DNA from: Nitrosopumilus sp. | GTDB lineage: Archaea; Thermoproteota; Nitrososphaeria; Nitrososphaerales; Nitrosopumilaceae | NCBI GenBank assembly: GCA_028351415.1 | Contig: JAOMJV010000001.1 | Coordinates: 40,898 to 104,897, forward strand | Length of the DNA stretch: 64,000 nt | Reading direction: 5' to 3' | In this document: one piece after another, positions 37,820 to 48,031 of the stretch | How the letters are laid out: each line of letters starts with the position of its first letter | Numbering within the stretch: the stretch's first letter is position 1 | The notes under the pieces: generated by a model | What the model was told of the DNA's origin: nothing | The model's input: only the letters and a program-made list of their open reading frames with translations | Databases searched by the model: none | Program-made: the position numbers and the translations under genes

Positions 37820-38564
37820 ACTTGTCAATAGAAATCTTACGATTTCACTTAACCCTGGATTTTTAATCTGGCAAATTATTTTTCCTTTAATCTATATTTT
37901 TGTAGCAGGTTTTGCATATGGTCCATTAATTAATCAAGTTCCATTTGCTGGTAAGGAACTCGATTATCCTGCATTCTTAGCATCTGGTATGATTGGATTT
38001 AATATCATGAATAGTACTCTAATTTCTGGCATTTTAATTTGGAATGATCGAAGACATGGAATGTTTGAGCAAATTATGTCTGGACCATTTACTCGAAGTC
38101 ATTACATTCTTAGTAATATTTGCACTATAGCGATAATTGGACTTGTTAGTGCTTCATTGATTGCCATTGTTGGATACCCTGTAATTTTTCAGTCAGCAGA
38201 ATTTTCATTAGTCACAATTCCAATCATTATTTTTGGTGCAATTACGGGATCTGTATTATTTGGCTCACTGGCTTCAATCATTTCTACTAGATTACGATCA
38301 AGTGAAGGGTTTAATGTAATAATTAACACAGTTTTCCTTTTCTTTGCTTTTGTTAGTTCTGCATTTTATCCAGCTGACACTGCACCTGAACCACTGCGTA
38401 CGGCATTTTATCTTAATCCTTTAACGTATCTTGTTGATATAATTAGAGCGGGTATTTTTGGAACTGTTACAGAATTTGTAATCCTTGAAATGGTTATTCT
38501 TGCAGTTCTTGCAACTGGTCTTTTTATTATTGCATCAAAATTATTGACAAGATTAGATTTTTAA
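37803..38564 (+). CDS. ABC-2 exporter permease
   Basis: About 6 TM; SSAFYP, NPLTYLVD; overlaps the ATPase gene. Confidence 0.92.
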   Translation: MHPIIRLVNRNLTISLNPGFLIWQIIFPLIYIFVAGFAYGPLINQVPFAGKELDYPAFLASGMIGFNIMNSTLISGILIWNDRRHGMFEQIMSGPFTRSHYILSNICTIAIIGLVSASLIAIVGYPVIFQSAEFSLVTIPIIIFGAITGSVLFGSLASIISTRLRSSEGFNVIINTVFLFFAFVSSAFYPADTAPEPLRTAFYLNPLTYLVDIIRAGIFGTVTEFVILEMVILAVLATGLFIIASKLLTRLDF

Positions 38565-38573
38565 AAATTAGAA

Positions 38574-39311
38574 TTATTTTTTAAATTTTTCATACATTTC
38601 ATTAATTTTTTTAATTATTTCTAAATTTTCATACCCTACTAAATTTAAATTTGGTATTACGCAATGTCCTCCAATGATACCTGGAAACATTTTTGGTCTA
38701 TTTCCTAAATTTTCATGAATTTCATCTGCAAATTTCCACATTTCATCAAAATCAATATTTTCTTTTTCACAAATCATTTTAGTAACTTGTGCGTAGTTAA
38801 TCAACCATCCATAATATGTTGTATCTACTAATATTTTTGCAAGTTCTGCTGTTTTTGTTGTTGACATCCAATCTATTTTTTCAAACCTATTTTCTAAATC
38901 TCTTTTTATTTTTGAATCTATTTCTGCACCATCAAACGAAATAAATTTTGTATATTTTTTAATATCATTTAGAAATCTTTTATGTACTCCACGAACCGGT
39001 GAGAATAAAATTGGTATTGATAATTTTTCTTGTATTATTTTTGTAGTTCCTGGTTTTACCGTTGAATGGATTATGACTACTTGTATGTTTTTTATTTTAT
39101 TAATCCAGTTAAGTACAATATCTGTAAACCCTGTTAATTCTCCTGGTATACATATGTGCAGATATTCTGGATTTTTAATAACTTCATTTTCAGAATATTT
39201 TTTACATTTTGAATTATCTAGATCAATTCCAACACAATCAAATTTCCTATCTACGAGTAAATCAAATAATGTTTGACCCACTTCTCCCATTCCTAAGATG
39301 ACATCTGTCAT
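38574..39311 (-). CDS. Short UDP-sugar/GDP-mannose dehydrogenase-family protein (NAD-binding and central domains only)
   Basis: ILGMGEVG, HSTVKPGTT, AELAKI, PGIIGGHCV; only 245 aa. Confidence 0.82.
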   Translation of the reverse strand: MTDVILGMGEVGQTLFDLLVDRKFDCVGIDLDNSKCKKYSENEVIKNPEYLHICIPGELTGFTDIVLNWINKIKNIQVVIIHSTVKPGTTKIIQEKLSIPILFSPVRGVHKRFLNDIKKYTKFISFDGAEIDSKIKRDLENRFEKIDWMSTTKTAELAKILVDTTYYGWLINYAQVTKMICEKENIDFDEMWKFADEIHENLGNRPKMFPGIIGGHCVIPNLNLVGYENLEIIKKINEMYEKFKK

Positions 39312-39379
39312 TATGGCTAGTCTGAGTTATGTTAACTATATTATGTTCATGCCCAGTCATGATTAATTTTTAAATAAAG

Positions 39380-39452
39380 TAGCCCGGCCCAGACTCGAAC
39401 TGGGGTCAAAGGCTTCAAAGGCCTCTATGCTTGACCGCTACACTACCGGGCT
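39380..39452 (-). tRNA. tRNA-Gln(TTG)
   Basis: AGCCCGG/CCGGGCT acceptor (A1-U72), GAGGC-CT-TTG-AA-GCCTT, TTCGAGT T-loop. Confidence 0.95.
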
Positions 39453-39522
39453 GCTAAATCGAAAATTGCTATTCCCTTAATGAACTTTTTAATTTAATTT
39501 AACTCTTAAAATTAAATTAGAA

Positions 39523-40578
39523 TTAATTTTTGATAATTTGAATTAGTTTCTCTATCGGATCTTCCATTTGGTTGACAATTTTTTCTGCTCTTTTTTGGCT
39601 TTGATTGTTATTTAGTTCAAAAATTTTCTTAATATGGTTTGAAATTTTTGATGGATTTATTTCTCTTTTTACCAGATATTTTTTCACTAAGAATTTTTCT
39701 ACTATATTTGGAACTGCATTATATGATATTGTGGGAACTCCCATTAAAGCAGATTCAGCTGTCATAGTTCCACCAGATCCTATAAAAATATCTGTATTCT
39801 TTAATAGATATTTTCCATCAAATGACATTTTAATAATTTTTACTTTATTGCCAATTACTTTTTGTAAATTTAAAATTTGTTTTGTATATCTTCCCAATAC
39901 TATGATATTTTCATCTTTGTAATCATTTGCAATTTTTTCAATTATTGGAATAATTTTACTTGATTTTGATGTATATGATGCCTCTTCTTCTTCTACTCTA
40001 ATCAAAATATTTTTTTTATTATTATTTTTAAATGGAGATGCTATTTTTTCATTAATTTTTCTTTTTATTGTAACTACTGCATCAATTGCTTTGTATTGCA
40101 CAATATTTTTTTCACTAATTCCATACTTGGAAAATTCTTTTTTTGGTATAATATGTGGAATTAGTACTTTTTGAATTAGTGGTAATGTTAATCGCATTAC
40201 TGCATTAGCATGAGGAGAATCACAAAACATTATGTGTTTAATTCCTAATCCAAATGAGATTCTTGCTGCCTCTGGTGATCCAAAACTAATTACTAGATCT
40301 GGTTTAAACTTTTCAATTTTTTTTGATAGTTTGTTAATTCTTTTAATACTGGCCTCAAGTTTAGTTTTTTTATCACCCCCTCCATGTTTTCCAACAAACA
40401 TGAGGTCAAAATGACGTATTTTTGATAATTTTGAAACTTCTTCATATTCTCTTGAAGTGCACAAAAGATCATGTTTCACCCCTAATCTTTCAACTATTGG
40501 TTCAGAAAACAATAATTGTTTTGGTGTTAGAATATCAATCCATATTTTCAAGCATTTTTGAAAATGACTGCACTTCAA
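39523..40578 (-). CDS. DUF354 GT-B-fold glycosyltransferase-like protein
   Basis: KIWIDILTPKQ, GKHGG, SFGSPEAAR, GSGGTMTAESALMGVPTIS. Confidence 0.85.
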   Translation of the reverse strand: MKCSHFQKCLKIWIDILTPKQLLFSEPIVERLGVKHDLLCTSREYEEVSKLSKIRHFDLMFVGKHGGGDKKTKLEASIKRINKLSKKIEKFKPDLVISFGSPEAARISFGLGIKHIMFCDSPHANAVMRLTLPLIQKVLIPHIIPKKEFSKYGISEKNIVQYKAIDAVVTIKRKINEKIASPFKNNNKKNILIRVEEEEASYTSKSSKIIPIIEKIANDYKDENIIVLGRYTKQILNLQKVIGNKVKIIKMSFDGKYLLKNTDIFIGSGGTMTAESALMGVPTISYNAVPNIVEKFLVKKYLVKREINPSKISNHIKKIFELNNNQSQKRAEKIVNQMEDPIEKLIQIIKN

Positions 40579-40598
40579 TAAGTTTTTCTTAGTCCATT

Positions 40599-41753
40599 AT
40601 GCTCTCTAATTGGATGGCGGGAGCAAAAGTTGTTGTTTATGGACTTAGTACTGAAGGATATGCCCTTGCATCTCAAATGGCCATTAAAGGCGCTGATGTT
40701 TACATAATAGATGAATCCACTCCATCTGCTATATCGCTTAAAGCTGAAATTGCTAAAACTTATCCAAATGTTTCTTCATTAAAAGAGGATGAACCACTAT
40801 TAGCTATGGAGCCAATTGATGTAGCTGTTTCTAAAGCTCAATATCTTTTCTTTACTCCCAGAATTAGGAAAACAGGTCAAGATGTTAAAACAGAAATTCA
40901 TTCTAAATTCAAAGATGCAATTACATCATTAAAAAAAAATAGTTCTGTAATTTTTACACTTCCAACTGGATTTGGAGGTAATAATGAAAATATTTCGTTA
41001 TTGGAACATGTAACTGGACTTAAAGCTGGTAAAAATATATCATATTTTTATTATCCGCTAGAAGATCTAAATCAGCAACCAAAAATTATTGGTTCATTTA
41101 ATGCCAAAGAAGATTTAGTTCTTTCTGATTTACTTACCACAAATAAAAAAGAAAAAAAGTTTGTAGGTATTTCTTCATCAGAACATTTTCATGCTATTGA
41201 TATTTTATCTAGATTTTCTGGTCTGTGTAGTATTTTGGAAGTTTGTAAGTATGCACAAGATGAAATTACAAAAAAAGATCTTTCTTCAAGTAATTTTCAA
41301 GAAATATTTTTAGATAATATGATTAATGGATTATTTGATCTAAAATCTTTAGGTTCATCATTTGAGGGTTCAAATTCATTAATGTATTTAATTAATGGAA
41401 GTGTAAAAGGTATTGATGGTTACATGAAAAGATTAATCGATGAAATTCGTGGAACATTAAAGAAAAATGATTTAAAAGCAAGCAGAACAAAAATTGCATT
41501 ATCTTGGACCATTGATCAACATGCAATGCGTGGAGATAAAATTGAAATGATTCAAAATTTAACTACACGATTACGTGATTATATTGGAGATGTAGAAGCT
41601 TATCAAAATCCAGATTTTAATTTGTTTCACAATGATAAAACTACAATTGTTGTGGCATGTTCACAATCTGATTTTGATAGTATTGAAAAAACTAAACATG
41701 ATTCTAATTTGATAATTATAAAAGCCAACCCTATATGCGAAACTCTTCAATAA
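40599..41753 (+). CDS. Degenerate nucleotide-sugar dehydrogenase-like protein
   Basis: KVVVYGLSTEG Rossmann-like start, TLPTG, YYP, C-terminal KIAL...MRGD; no GGHC motif. Confidence 0.6.
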   Translation: MLSNWMAGAKVVVYGLSTEGYALASQMAIKGADVYIIDESTPSAISLKAEIAKTYPNVSSLKEDEPLLAMEPIDVAVSKAQYLFFTPRIRKTGQDVKTEIHSKFKDAITSLKKNSSVIFTLPTGFGGNNENISLLEHVTGLKAGKNISYFYYPLEDLNQQPKIIGSFNAKEDLVLSDLLTTNKKEKKFVGISSSEHFHAIDILSRFSGLCSILEVCKYAQDEITKKDLSSSNFQEIFLDNMINGLFDLKSLGSSFEGSNSLMYLINGSVKGIDGYMKRLIDEIRGTLKKNDLKASRTKIALSWTIDQHAMRGDKIEMIQNLTTRLRDYIGDVEAYQNPDFNLFHNDKTTIVVACSQSDFDSIEKTKHDSNLIIIKANPICETLQ

Positions 41754-41779
41754 TACTATAAATTAGCTAAATAATTATT

Positions 41780-42382
41780 TTGTATAAATTGTCTAACAAA
41801 AATAATTCTGAAGAAGTTCCTGTTGAAGTTGTTTCTGAAGAAGTTCCTGTTGAAGTTGTTTCTGAAGATACAATTGAAACTAACGATTTTTCTAAAAAAT
41901 CTGAACAAACAGTTGAAGAATTATTAAAATTACTGGATTTGGAAAAAGAAAAAGTATTTCAATTTGAAGAAAAATTAAAACATGTATTAGCAGATTTTCA
42001 AAATCTTAGTAAAAAAACAAAATCTGATATTGAACATGGTGTTAATTCTAAAATTAATGAATTTATGTTAGATTTTATCAAAGTTTATGATGATTTTATT
42101 CGAGCTAAAGATGTACTATCTGAAAGTAAAATTAATGCAGATGGTTTAAACTCTATTTTAAAAAATATGGAATCATTGATGCAAAAATATGATGTTACAT
42201 CTATTGAGGCATTAGGTGAAATTTTTAATCCAAATTTCCATGAGGCTATTTCTATAGTTTCTGATCCCGCTTTAGATGATAATACTATCATTAAAGAGAT
42301 CAGGAAGGGATATATTTCTCATCAGAGTATAATAAGACCTACGTTAGTAGAAATTTCAAAGAAGGATGATGATAAAAAATGA
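41780..42382 (+). CDS. grpE: Nucleotide exchange factor GrpE
   Basis: [22 protein letters not shown]; upstream of dnaK. Confidence 0.93.
   Translation: MYKLSNKNNSEEVPVEVVSEEVPVEVVSEDTIETNDFSKKSEQTVEELLKLLDLEKEKVFQFEEKLKHVLADFQNLSKKTKSDIEHGVNSKINEFMLDFIKVYDDFIRAKDVLSESKINADGLNSILKNMESLMQKYDVTSIEALGEIFNPNFHEAISIVSDPALDDNTIIKEIRKGYISHQSIIRPTLVEISKKDDDKK
41807..41868 (+). repeat. 27-bp perfect tandem repeat x2.3 in grpE (SEEVPVEVV)
   Basis: tctgaagaagttcctgttgaagttgtt at 41807 and 41834, partial copy at 41861. Confidence 0.95.
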
Positions 42383-44280
42383 CTAAAATTATTGGTATTG
42401 ACTTGGGAACAAGTAACTCTGCGGCTGCAGTTGTAATGGGTGGAAAACCAACTATTATTCCAGCTGCTGAAGGTGCAACTGTAGGCGGCAAAGCTTTTCC
42501 ATCAGTTGTTGCATTTAGTAAAGATGGTGAACTTTTAGTTGGTGAACCTGCACGAAGACAATCTGTAACTAACCCTGATAATACTATTTTTGCTGCTAAA
42601 AGAAAAATGGGTTCAGATGAAACTTTTAAAATTTTAGATAAACAATACAAGCCTCAGCAAATTTCTGCATTCATTCTTCAAAAAATTAAAAAAGATGCAG
42701 AAGCATTTGTTGGAGAGACAATCGATAAAGTAGTAATTACAGTTCCTGCATATTTTGATGATAATCAACGTCAAGCCACTAAAGATGCTGGTACAATTGC
42801 TGGTCTTGATGTTGTCAGAATTATCAATGAACCAACTGCAGCAGCATTAGCATTTGGATTAGATAAAGCTAAACAAGATATGAAAATACTTGTTTTTGAT
42901 TTTGGTGGCGGTACATTAGATGTCACTATAATGGAAATGGGTGGCGGTGTCTTTGAAGTACTTAGTACATCTGGAGATACTAAATTGGGTGGTACAGATA
43001 TGGATAAAGTTCTAATTGATTATCTTGTAGATGAATTTAAGAAAAAAGAAGGTGTTGATTTAAGTTCTGATACAACTGCAATGACAAGAATTAGAGAAGC
43101 TTGTGAAAAAGCAAAAATTGAATTATCCACAGTAATGGAAACTGATATCAATTTACCATTTATTGCACATGATCCTTCTGCAGGTGCTAAAAATCTTGAA
43201 TTAAGAATTACAAGAGCTAAACTAGATGAATTGATTGGACCAATTGTTGATAGATGTAAGCCTTCAATACTCAAAGCATTAGAAGATGCAAAATTATCTA
43301 ATTCTGATATTAATAAAATTGTCATGGTAGGTGGACCAACAAGAATTCCATTAGTCAAAAAATTTGTTAGTGAAGTTGTTGGACAAGAAACTGAATCTGG
43401 TGTTGATCCAATGGAGGCAGTAGCAATGGGAGCTGCAATTCAGGCTGGAATTATTGCAGGTGATGTGACAAGTGATATCGTTTTACTTGATGTAACTCCT
43501 CTAACATTAGGAATTGAAACATTAGGTGGTGTAAGAGAACCACTAATTGAAAGAAATACTACTATTCCAACTTCCAAAGCTAAAGTTTTCACAACAGCCG
43601 CTGATCATCAAACAGCTGTAACAATTCATGTTGTTCAAGGAGAAAGACCGATGGCAACTGATAATGTTTCTTTAGGAAGCTTTAATCTTACTGATTTACC
43701 ACCAGCACCAAGAGGGGTTCCTCAAATTGAAGTTAAATTTGATATTGATGCAAATGGAATTATCAATGTTACAGCAAAAGATCTTGGTACACAAAAAGAA
43801 GCAAAAATTACTATTGAATCTAATTCAAAATTATCTCCAGAAGAAATTGAAAAATTAAAAGAAGATGCTGAAAAGTTTTCTGATGAAGATAAATTAAAGA
43901 AAGAAAAAATTGAACTTAAAAATGAGGCAGAGAGTTATATCTATACTACTGAAAAATTAGTAAATGATGATTTAAAAGATAAGATTTCACAAGAACAAGG
44001 AATTAGAATTACTGATGCAGTAAAAGAAGTGAAAGAAGTTTTAGATAAAGATGCATCTGAATTGAAACCTAAACTTGAAGCACTCCAATCTTTAGTTAAT
44101 GAAGTAACCACTGAACTTTACAAGAATGCTACTCCGCCTCCAGGTGCTGATGGACAACAAGGTGCTGATGGACAACAAGGTGCTGATGGAGCAACTGCTG
44201 ATGGAGCAACTGCTGATGGAGCAACTGCTGATGGAGCAACTGCTGAGTCAGATTCAACTAATGAAACAAAAACCAACTAA
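42379..44280 (+). CDS. dnaK: Hsp70 chaperone DnaK
   Basis: [32 protein letters not shown]. Confidence 0.98.
   Translation: MTKIIGIDLGTSNSAAAVVMGGKPTIIPAAEGATVGGKAFPSVVAFSKDGELLVGEPARRQSVTNPDNTIFAAKRKMGSDETFKILDKQYKPQQISAFILQKIKKDAEAFVGETIDKVVITVPAYFDDNQRQATKDAGTIAGLDVVRIINEPTAAALAFGLDKAKQDMKILVFDFGGGTLDVTIMEMGGGVFEVLSTSGDTKLGGTDMDKVLIDYLVDEFKKKEGVDLSSDTTAMTRIREACEKAKIELSTVMETDINLPFIAHDPSAGAKNLELRITRAKLDELIGPIVDRCKPSILKALEDAKLSNSDINKIVMVGGPTRIPLVKKFVSEVVGQETESGVDPMEAVAMGAAIQAGIIAGDVTSDIVLLDVTPLTLGIETLGGVREPLIERNTTIPTSKAKVFTTAADHQTAVTIHVVQGERPMATDNVSLGSFNLTDLPPAPRGVPQIEVKFDIDANGIINVTAKDLGTQKEAKITIESNSKLSPEEIEKLKEDAEKFSDEDKLKKEKIELKNEAESYIYTTEKLVNDDLKDKISQEQGIRITDAVKEVKEVLDKDASELKPKLEALQSLVNEVTTELYKNATPPPGADGQQGADGQQGADGATADGATADGATADGATAESDSTNETKTN
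44143..44246 (+). repeat. Coding minisatellite in the dnaK tail: 18-bp x2 then 15-bp x4
   Basis: ggtgctgatggacaacaa x2 (44143-44178); gctgatggagcaact x4 (44182-44241). Confidence 0.95.
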
Positions 44281-44329
44281 TTTTTTAAATTCAATCATTT
44301 ATAGTGTAATTATAATGAAGGAATAACTC

Positions 44330-45388
44330 ATGAGTGCAAAACGTGATTATTATGAAGTTTTAGGAGTTTCCAAAACTTCTTCTTCAGATGAAATAAAAAA
44401 CCAATATAGAAAATTAGCATTAAAGTTCCATCCTGATCGTAATCAATCTAAAGATGCTGGAGAGCATTTTAAAGAAATTTCTGAGGCATATGCTATTCTT
44501 TCAGATTCTGAAAAAAAGCAAACATATGATCAACATGGCCATGCTGGAGTTGATGGTCGATATAGTAGCGATGATATTTCCCAAGGTCGCGGAGGCGGTG
44601 GAGGGTTTAATGATATTTTTGAATCAATTTTTGGTCGCGGAGGCGGTGGAGGTTTCAATCAACAACAACGTGGATCTGATCTTCTTTATCAAACTACAGT
44701 AACACTAGAAGATGTACTACATGGAAAAAAAATGGAAATAAATTTACAAAAACAAATCAAATGTGATAATTGCAGTGGATCTGGTTGTAAACCTGGTACA
44801 AATAAAAAAACTTGTGTAACCTGTAACGGTCAGGGAGAGGTAAGACAAACTCGTGATATGGGATTTGCTTCATTTGTTACTGCTGCACCATGCCCTACTT
44901 GTAGAGGTGAAGGTTCTATGATAGAAAAACCATGTGGTAATTGTAAAGGACAAGGACGAGTTAAAGGAACTAAAAAAGTTGATTTTCAAATTCCACCTGG
45001 AATTGATTCTGGCGATTATATTGTCTCCAATGAAGGAAATGAAATTCCAAATGGAGTAAATGGAGATTTAGTTATTAGAGTTCAAGTACAACCTCATAGA
45101 TATTTCCATAGAGATGGAAAAGATATTTTCTATGATCAAGATATTTCTATGATTGATGCTGCATTAGGTTGTGAAATTAGTGTCCCCACTTTAGAAGGAA
45201 ATGAAAAAGTTAAGGTTAATTCTGGTAGTCAACCAAACCATATCATTAAATTAAAAGGAAAAGGAGTTTCTCATATTAATTCAAGAGGAACAGGAGATCA
45301 GTTTATTCGAATGGTTGTAACTATTCCTAAAAAACTCAGTAAACATCAAAAAAATCTTTTAAATGAATTTCAAAAAACTACTGATTAA
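44330..45388 (+). CDS. dnaJ: Chaperone DnaJ
   Basis: J domain with HPD, G/F region, four CxxCxGxG repeats. Confidence 0.97.
   Translation: MSAKRDYYEVLGVSKTSSSDEIKNQYRKLALKFHPDRNQSKDAGEHFKEISEAYAILSDSEKKQTYDQHGHAGVDGRYSSDDISQGRGGGGGFNDIFESIFGRGGGGGFNQQQRGSDLLYQTTVTLEDVLHGKKMEINLQKQIKCDNCSGSGCKPGTNKKTCVTCNGQGEVRQTRDMGFASFVTAAPCPTCRGEGSMIEKPCGNCKGQGRVKGTKKVDFQIPPGIDSGDYIVSNEGNEIPNGVNGDLVIRVQVQPHRYFHRDGKDIFYDQDISMIDAALGCEISVPTLEGNEKVKVNSGSQPNHIIKLKGKGVSHINSRGTGDQFIRMVVTIPKKLSKHQKNLLNEFQKTTD
44585..44652 (+). repeat. 20-bp exact direct repeat in the dnaJ G/F region
   Basis: ggtcgcggaggcggtggagg at 44585-44604 and 44633-44652. Confidence 0.85.
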
Positions 45389-45937
45389 TTGATAAAAATG
45401 AAAATTGCATTAGATGTTGATGGAGTACTTGCTGATGTAATAGTATCTTGGTTAAATTATAGCAATTCAATTCGTCCACATATTTCTAAAAATCAAGTAA
45501 CTGATTGGGAATTTTGGAAAAAATTTGATATCAATCCATTTGACTTTTATTCTGAACTAAGTTACTGTTGGAAAAATTGGGAATCATTGCCTCCTACGGA
45601 AGAAAATTTATCATCTACAACAAAAAATCTTTCAACCCTTGGACAGGTAGATATTGTAACTGCTAGAGAACGTTCTACTGATTCCTTTGTAAAAAATTGG
45701 TTAAATTATCATGATATTTCATATGATAATTATGTATCAGTAATTGATGGACCAATGAAAGCTGATTTAGATTATGATGTTTTTATTGATGATTCCCCTT
45801 TGAATGCAGTAAAATTTCTTGAAAATAATAAAAAAGTTATTTTATATTCACAACCTTGGAATCAACATATTTCAAATCATAAACTACATCGAATTACAAA
45901 TCTTTCAGAAGCAATTGAAAAAATTAAATCATATTAA
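45389..45937 (+). CDS. HAD-family 5'(3')-deoxyribonucleotidase-like protein
   Basis: IALDVDGVLAD, IVTAR, FIDDSP, QPWN. Confidence 0.88.
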   Translation: MIKMKIALDVDGVLADVIVSWLNYSNSIRPHISKNQVTDWEFWKKFDINPFDFYSELSYCWKNWESLPPTEENLSSTTKNLSTLGQVDIVTARERSTDSFVKNWLNYHDISYDNYVSVIDGPMKADLDYDVFIDDSPLNAVKFLENNKKVILYSQPWNQHISNHKLHRITNLSEAIEKIKSY

Positions 45938-46099
45938 TTATTTTGTATACTTTCTAATGTTTATTTGATGACCGTTTCTAACGTGAGTCACATGACTTGT
46001 TTTCATTAGTTCTGCAATTTTATCTTCATTGTAAAATTTTATGTTATAACGCCCAATTATTTTTTTACAAGTTATACAATAAATTTCTCTAAATTCCAT
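45938..46099 (-). CDS. Small C2H2-like Zn protein, 53 aa (not in ORF track)
   Basis: MEFREIYCITCKKIIGRYNIKFYNEDKIAELMKTSHVTHVRNGHQINIRKYTK, immediately downstream of gatE. Confidence 0.75.
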   Translation of the reverse strand: MEFREIYCITCKKIIGRYNIKFYNEDKIAELMKTSHVTHVRNGHQINIRKYTK

Positions 46100-46111
46100 T
46101 TTATCACTTAA

Positions 46112-48031
46112 TTAATCCTGTTCTAATTTCTTTTTAATATTTTTTAAAAGAAGTTTATTTATTATTTCACCTGAGGCTTTACCTCTTAGTTCTTTCATTA
46201 CCATTCCCATTAATGGTCCCATTGCTCTTTCTTTTTGATTTTTAATAATTTCTTGATTTTTGTTTACTATGTCTTTGATAATTTTATCTACATCTTCTTC
46301 ACTAATGGATTCAATTGAAGCATTTTTCATAGCTTCTTCTATATTTTTTGATTTTTTAGACATTATGTTTTCAAATATTATTTCAATTGATTCTTTGGCA
46401 ATTTGATCTTTTTCTAATAATTCAAATAATTTGAAAATATATTCATTTTTTAATAAATTTGAATCTAATCCTTTTCTTTCTAAATTTGTAATTGTTGAGC
46501 AAAGAATTGATGCAACAAATGTTGGATTTGTTTTAATTTTTTCAATTATGTTTTCAAATAATTCAATATATTTAGAATCAAAAATTTGTTCTGCAAGTTG
46601 TTGATTCATTTCATACTTTGTTTCTATTTCTTTAATTGAATCGTCCCATAATTTTGGAATATTTTTTTCTGCATCTATTAATTCATCCTTACTAATGATT
46701 ATTGGAGGAATGTCTGTTTCTGGATACATTCGTGCAGCTCCTGGTCTTGGTCTAAGAAATTTTGTTTCACCTGATTGAGTAGCTAATCTGGTATCTATTG
46801 GTATGCCATGATTTTTGATATGTTCTATTCTTAAAACAATTTGATCAATTACTGTATGAATTTTTTCTTCCGGAGATGCTAAAACTAAAAATGCATCATT
46901 TTCATTAATTTGTAAAAAATTCTTTAATTCTTCTAAATCTGATTCTTCTATACCGTAGTTTGGTAACTCGTCTGAATGAAAAACTCCGCCAATTCCAAAA
47001 AATCTGACTAATTCAGCTACTTCTTTTCCTAATCTAATGCCTTCATAAGGTGAATATCCGAACATTCCAGCCATGTTTTTAAAAGACACAGCCATTATTT
47101 TCTGATTTTTCTTTATTGCGTTTTGAATAATCTTTGATTCACATTTTGTAAATAATTCTGTAATGTCTTTTTTATCTTGATTATTGTATTCCCAATTGCT
47201 TTCTTGTATGTTTTTTGAAATTTTTAATATTCCGTGTTGTCTTTTTGCTTCATATTCTACAACTTTTTCTAATTGATCTAATTGCTGCACACCCTTAACT
47301 TCAATTACAACCCCTTTTCCATCTCTAATTGACACATTAACATCTTGTCGAATTGATCCTAATCCTCTTTTTACTTTTTTTGTACTTCTCAAAATTCTTC
47401 CTAACGATAATGCAATTTTTTTAATTTCTGCTGAATCTACTTCAAAAGGATCTGTTGCAATTTCAACTAGTGGTACACCTAAACGTTCTAATCCAAATTT
47501 TCTAACATTTCCTTCTTCCCCCAAAATTTTTGCAGCATCTTCTTCCAAACAAATTGATTGAATTCCAACTTTAGTTTCTCCTGCATTATAGAATCCACCT
47601 TGTGAAATTAACATTGTACGTTGAAATCCCGTTGTATTGGAACCATCAATTACTGTTTTTCTCATAGGATAAATTTCACTAAAAATATTTGATTTTAGTG
47701 CTGCAGCAATAGTTAATGCAATTTTTCTTGCATCCTCATCTAATTCGTGTGGTGGTTCTTCATCTTGTTCAACTAGACAACTACTTTCATGATTTGCATA
47801 ATACATGATTGTTTTTGATTTTGTACTTTCAAATAATGCCGCAGGATCAAACTCACCTAATTCACTTTTTGAAGCTCGTAATTTCCTTTGAAATTTAATA
47901 GTATAATCCTCTGATTCAATAGGGGTACAATCACAAAATAATTTTTTATTAGTTGCAAGTTGTTGATGAATTTCTAGTCCTACTTTTACGCCTACATCTT
48001 TTATTGAAAATTTTTCCATATTATTATCCAT
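46112..48031 (-). CDS. gatE: Glu-tRNA(Gln) amidotransferase subunit E
   Basis: VGLEIHQQL, MRKTVIDGSNTTGFQRT, RPRPGAARMYPETDIP. Confidence 0.97.
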   Translation of the reverse strand: MDNNMEKFSIKDVGVKVGLEIHQQLATNKKLFCDCTPIESEDYTIKFQRKLRASKSELGEFDPAALFESTKSKTIMYYANHESSCLVEQDEEPPHELDEDARKIALTIAAALKSNIFSEIYPMRKTVIDGSNTTGFQRTMLISQGGFYNAGETKVGIQSICLEEDAAKILGEEGNVRKFGLERLGVPLVEIATDPFEVDSAEIKKIALSLGRILRSTKKVKRGLGSIRQDVNVSIRDGKGVVIEVKGVQQLDQLEKVVEYEAKRQHGILKISKNIQESNWEYNNQDKKDITELFTKCESKIIQNAIKKNQKIMAVSFKNMAGMFGYSPYEGIRLGKEVAELVRFFGIGGVFHSDELPNYGIEESDLEELKNFLQINENDAFLVLASPEEKIHTVIDQIVLRIEHIKNHGIPIDTRLATQSGETKFLRPRPGAARMYPETDIPPIIISKDELIDAEKNIPKLWDDSIKEIETKYEMNQQLAEQIFDSKYIELFENIIEKIKTNPTFVASILCSTITNLERKGLDSNLLKNEYIFKLFELLEKDQIAKESIEIIFENIMSKKSKNIEEAMKNASIESISEEDVDKIIKDIVNKNQEIIKNQKERAMGPLMGMVMKELRGKASGEIINKLLLKNIKKKLEQD

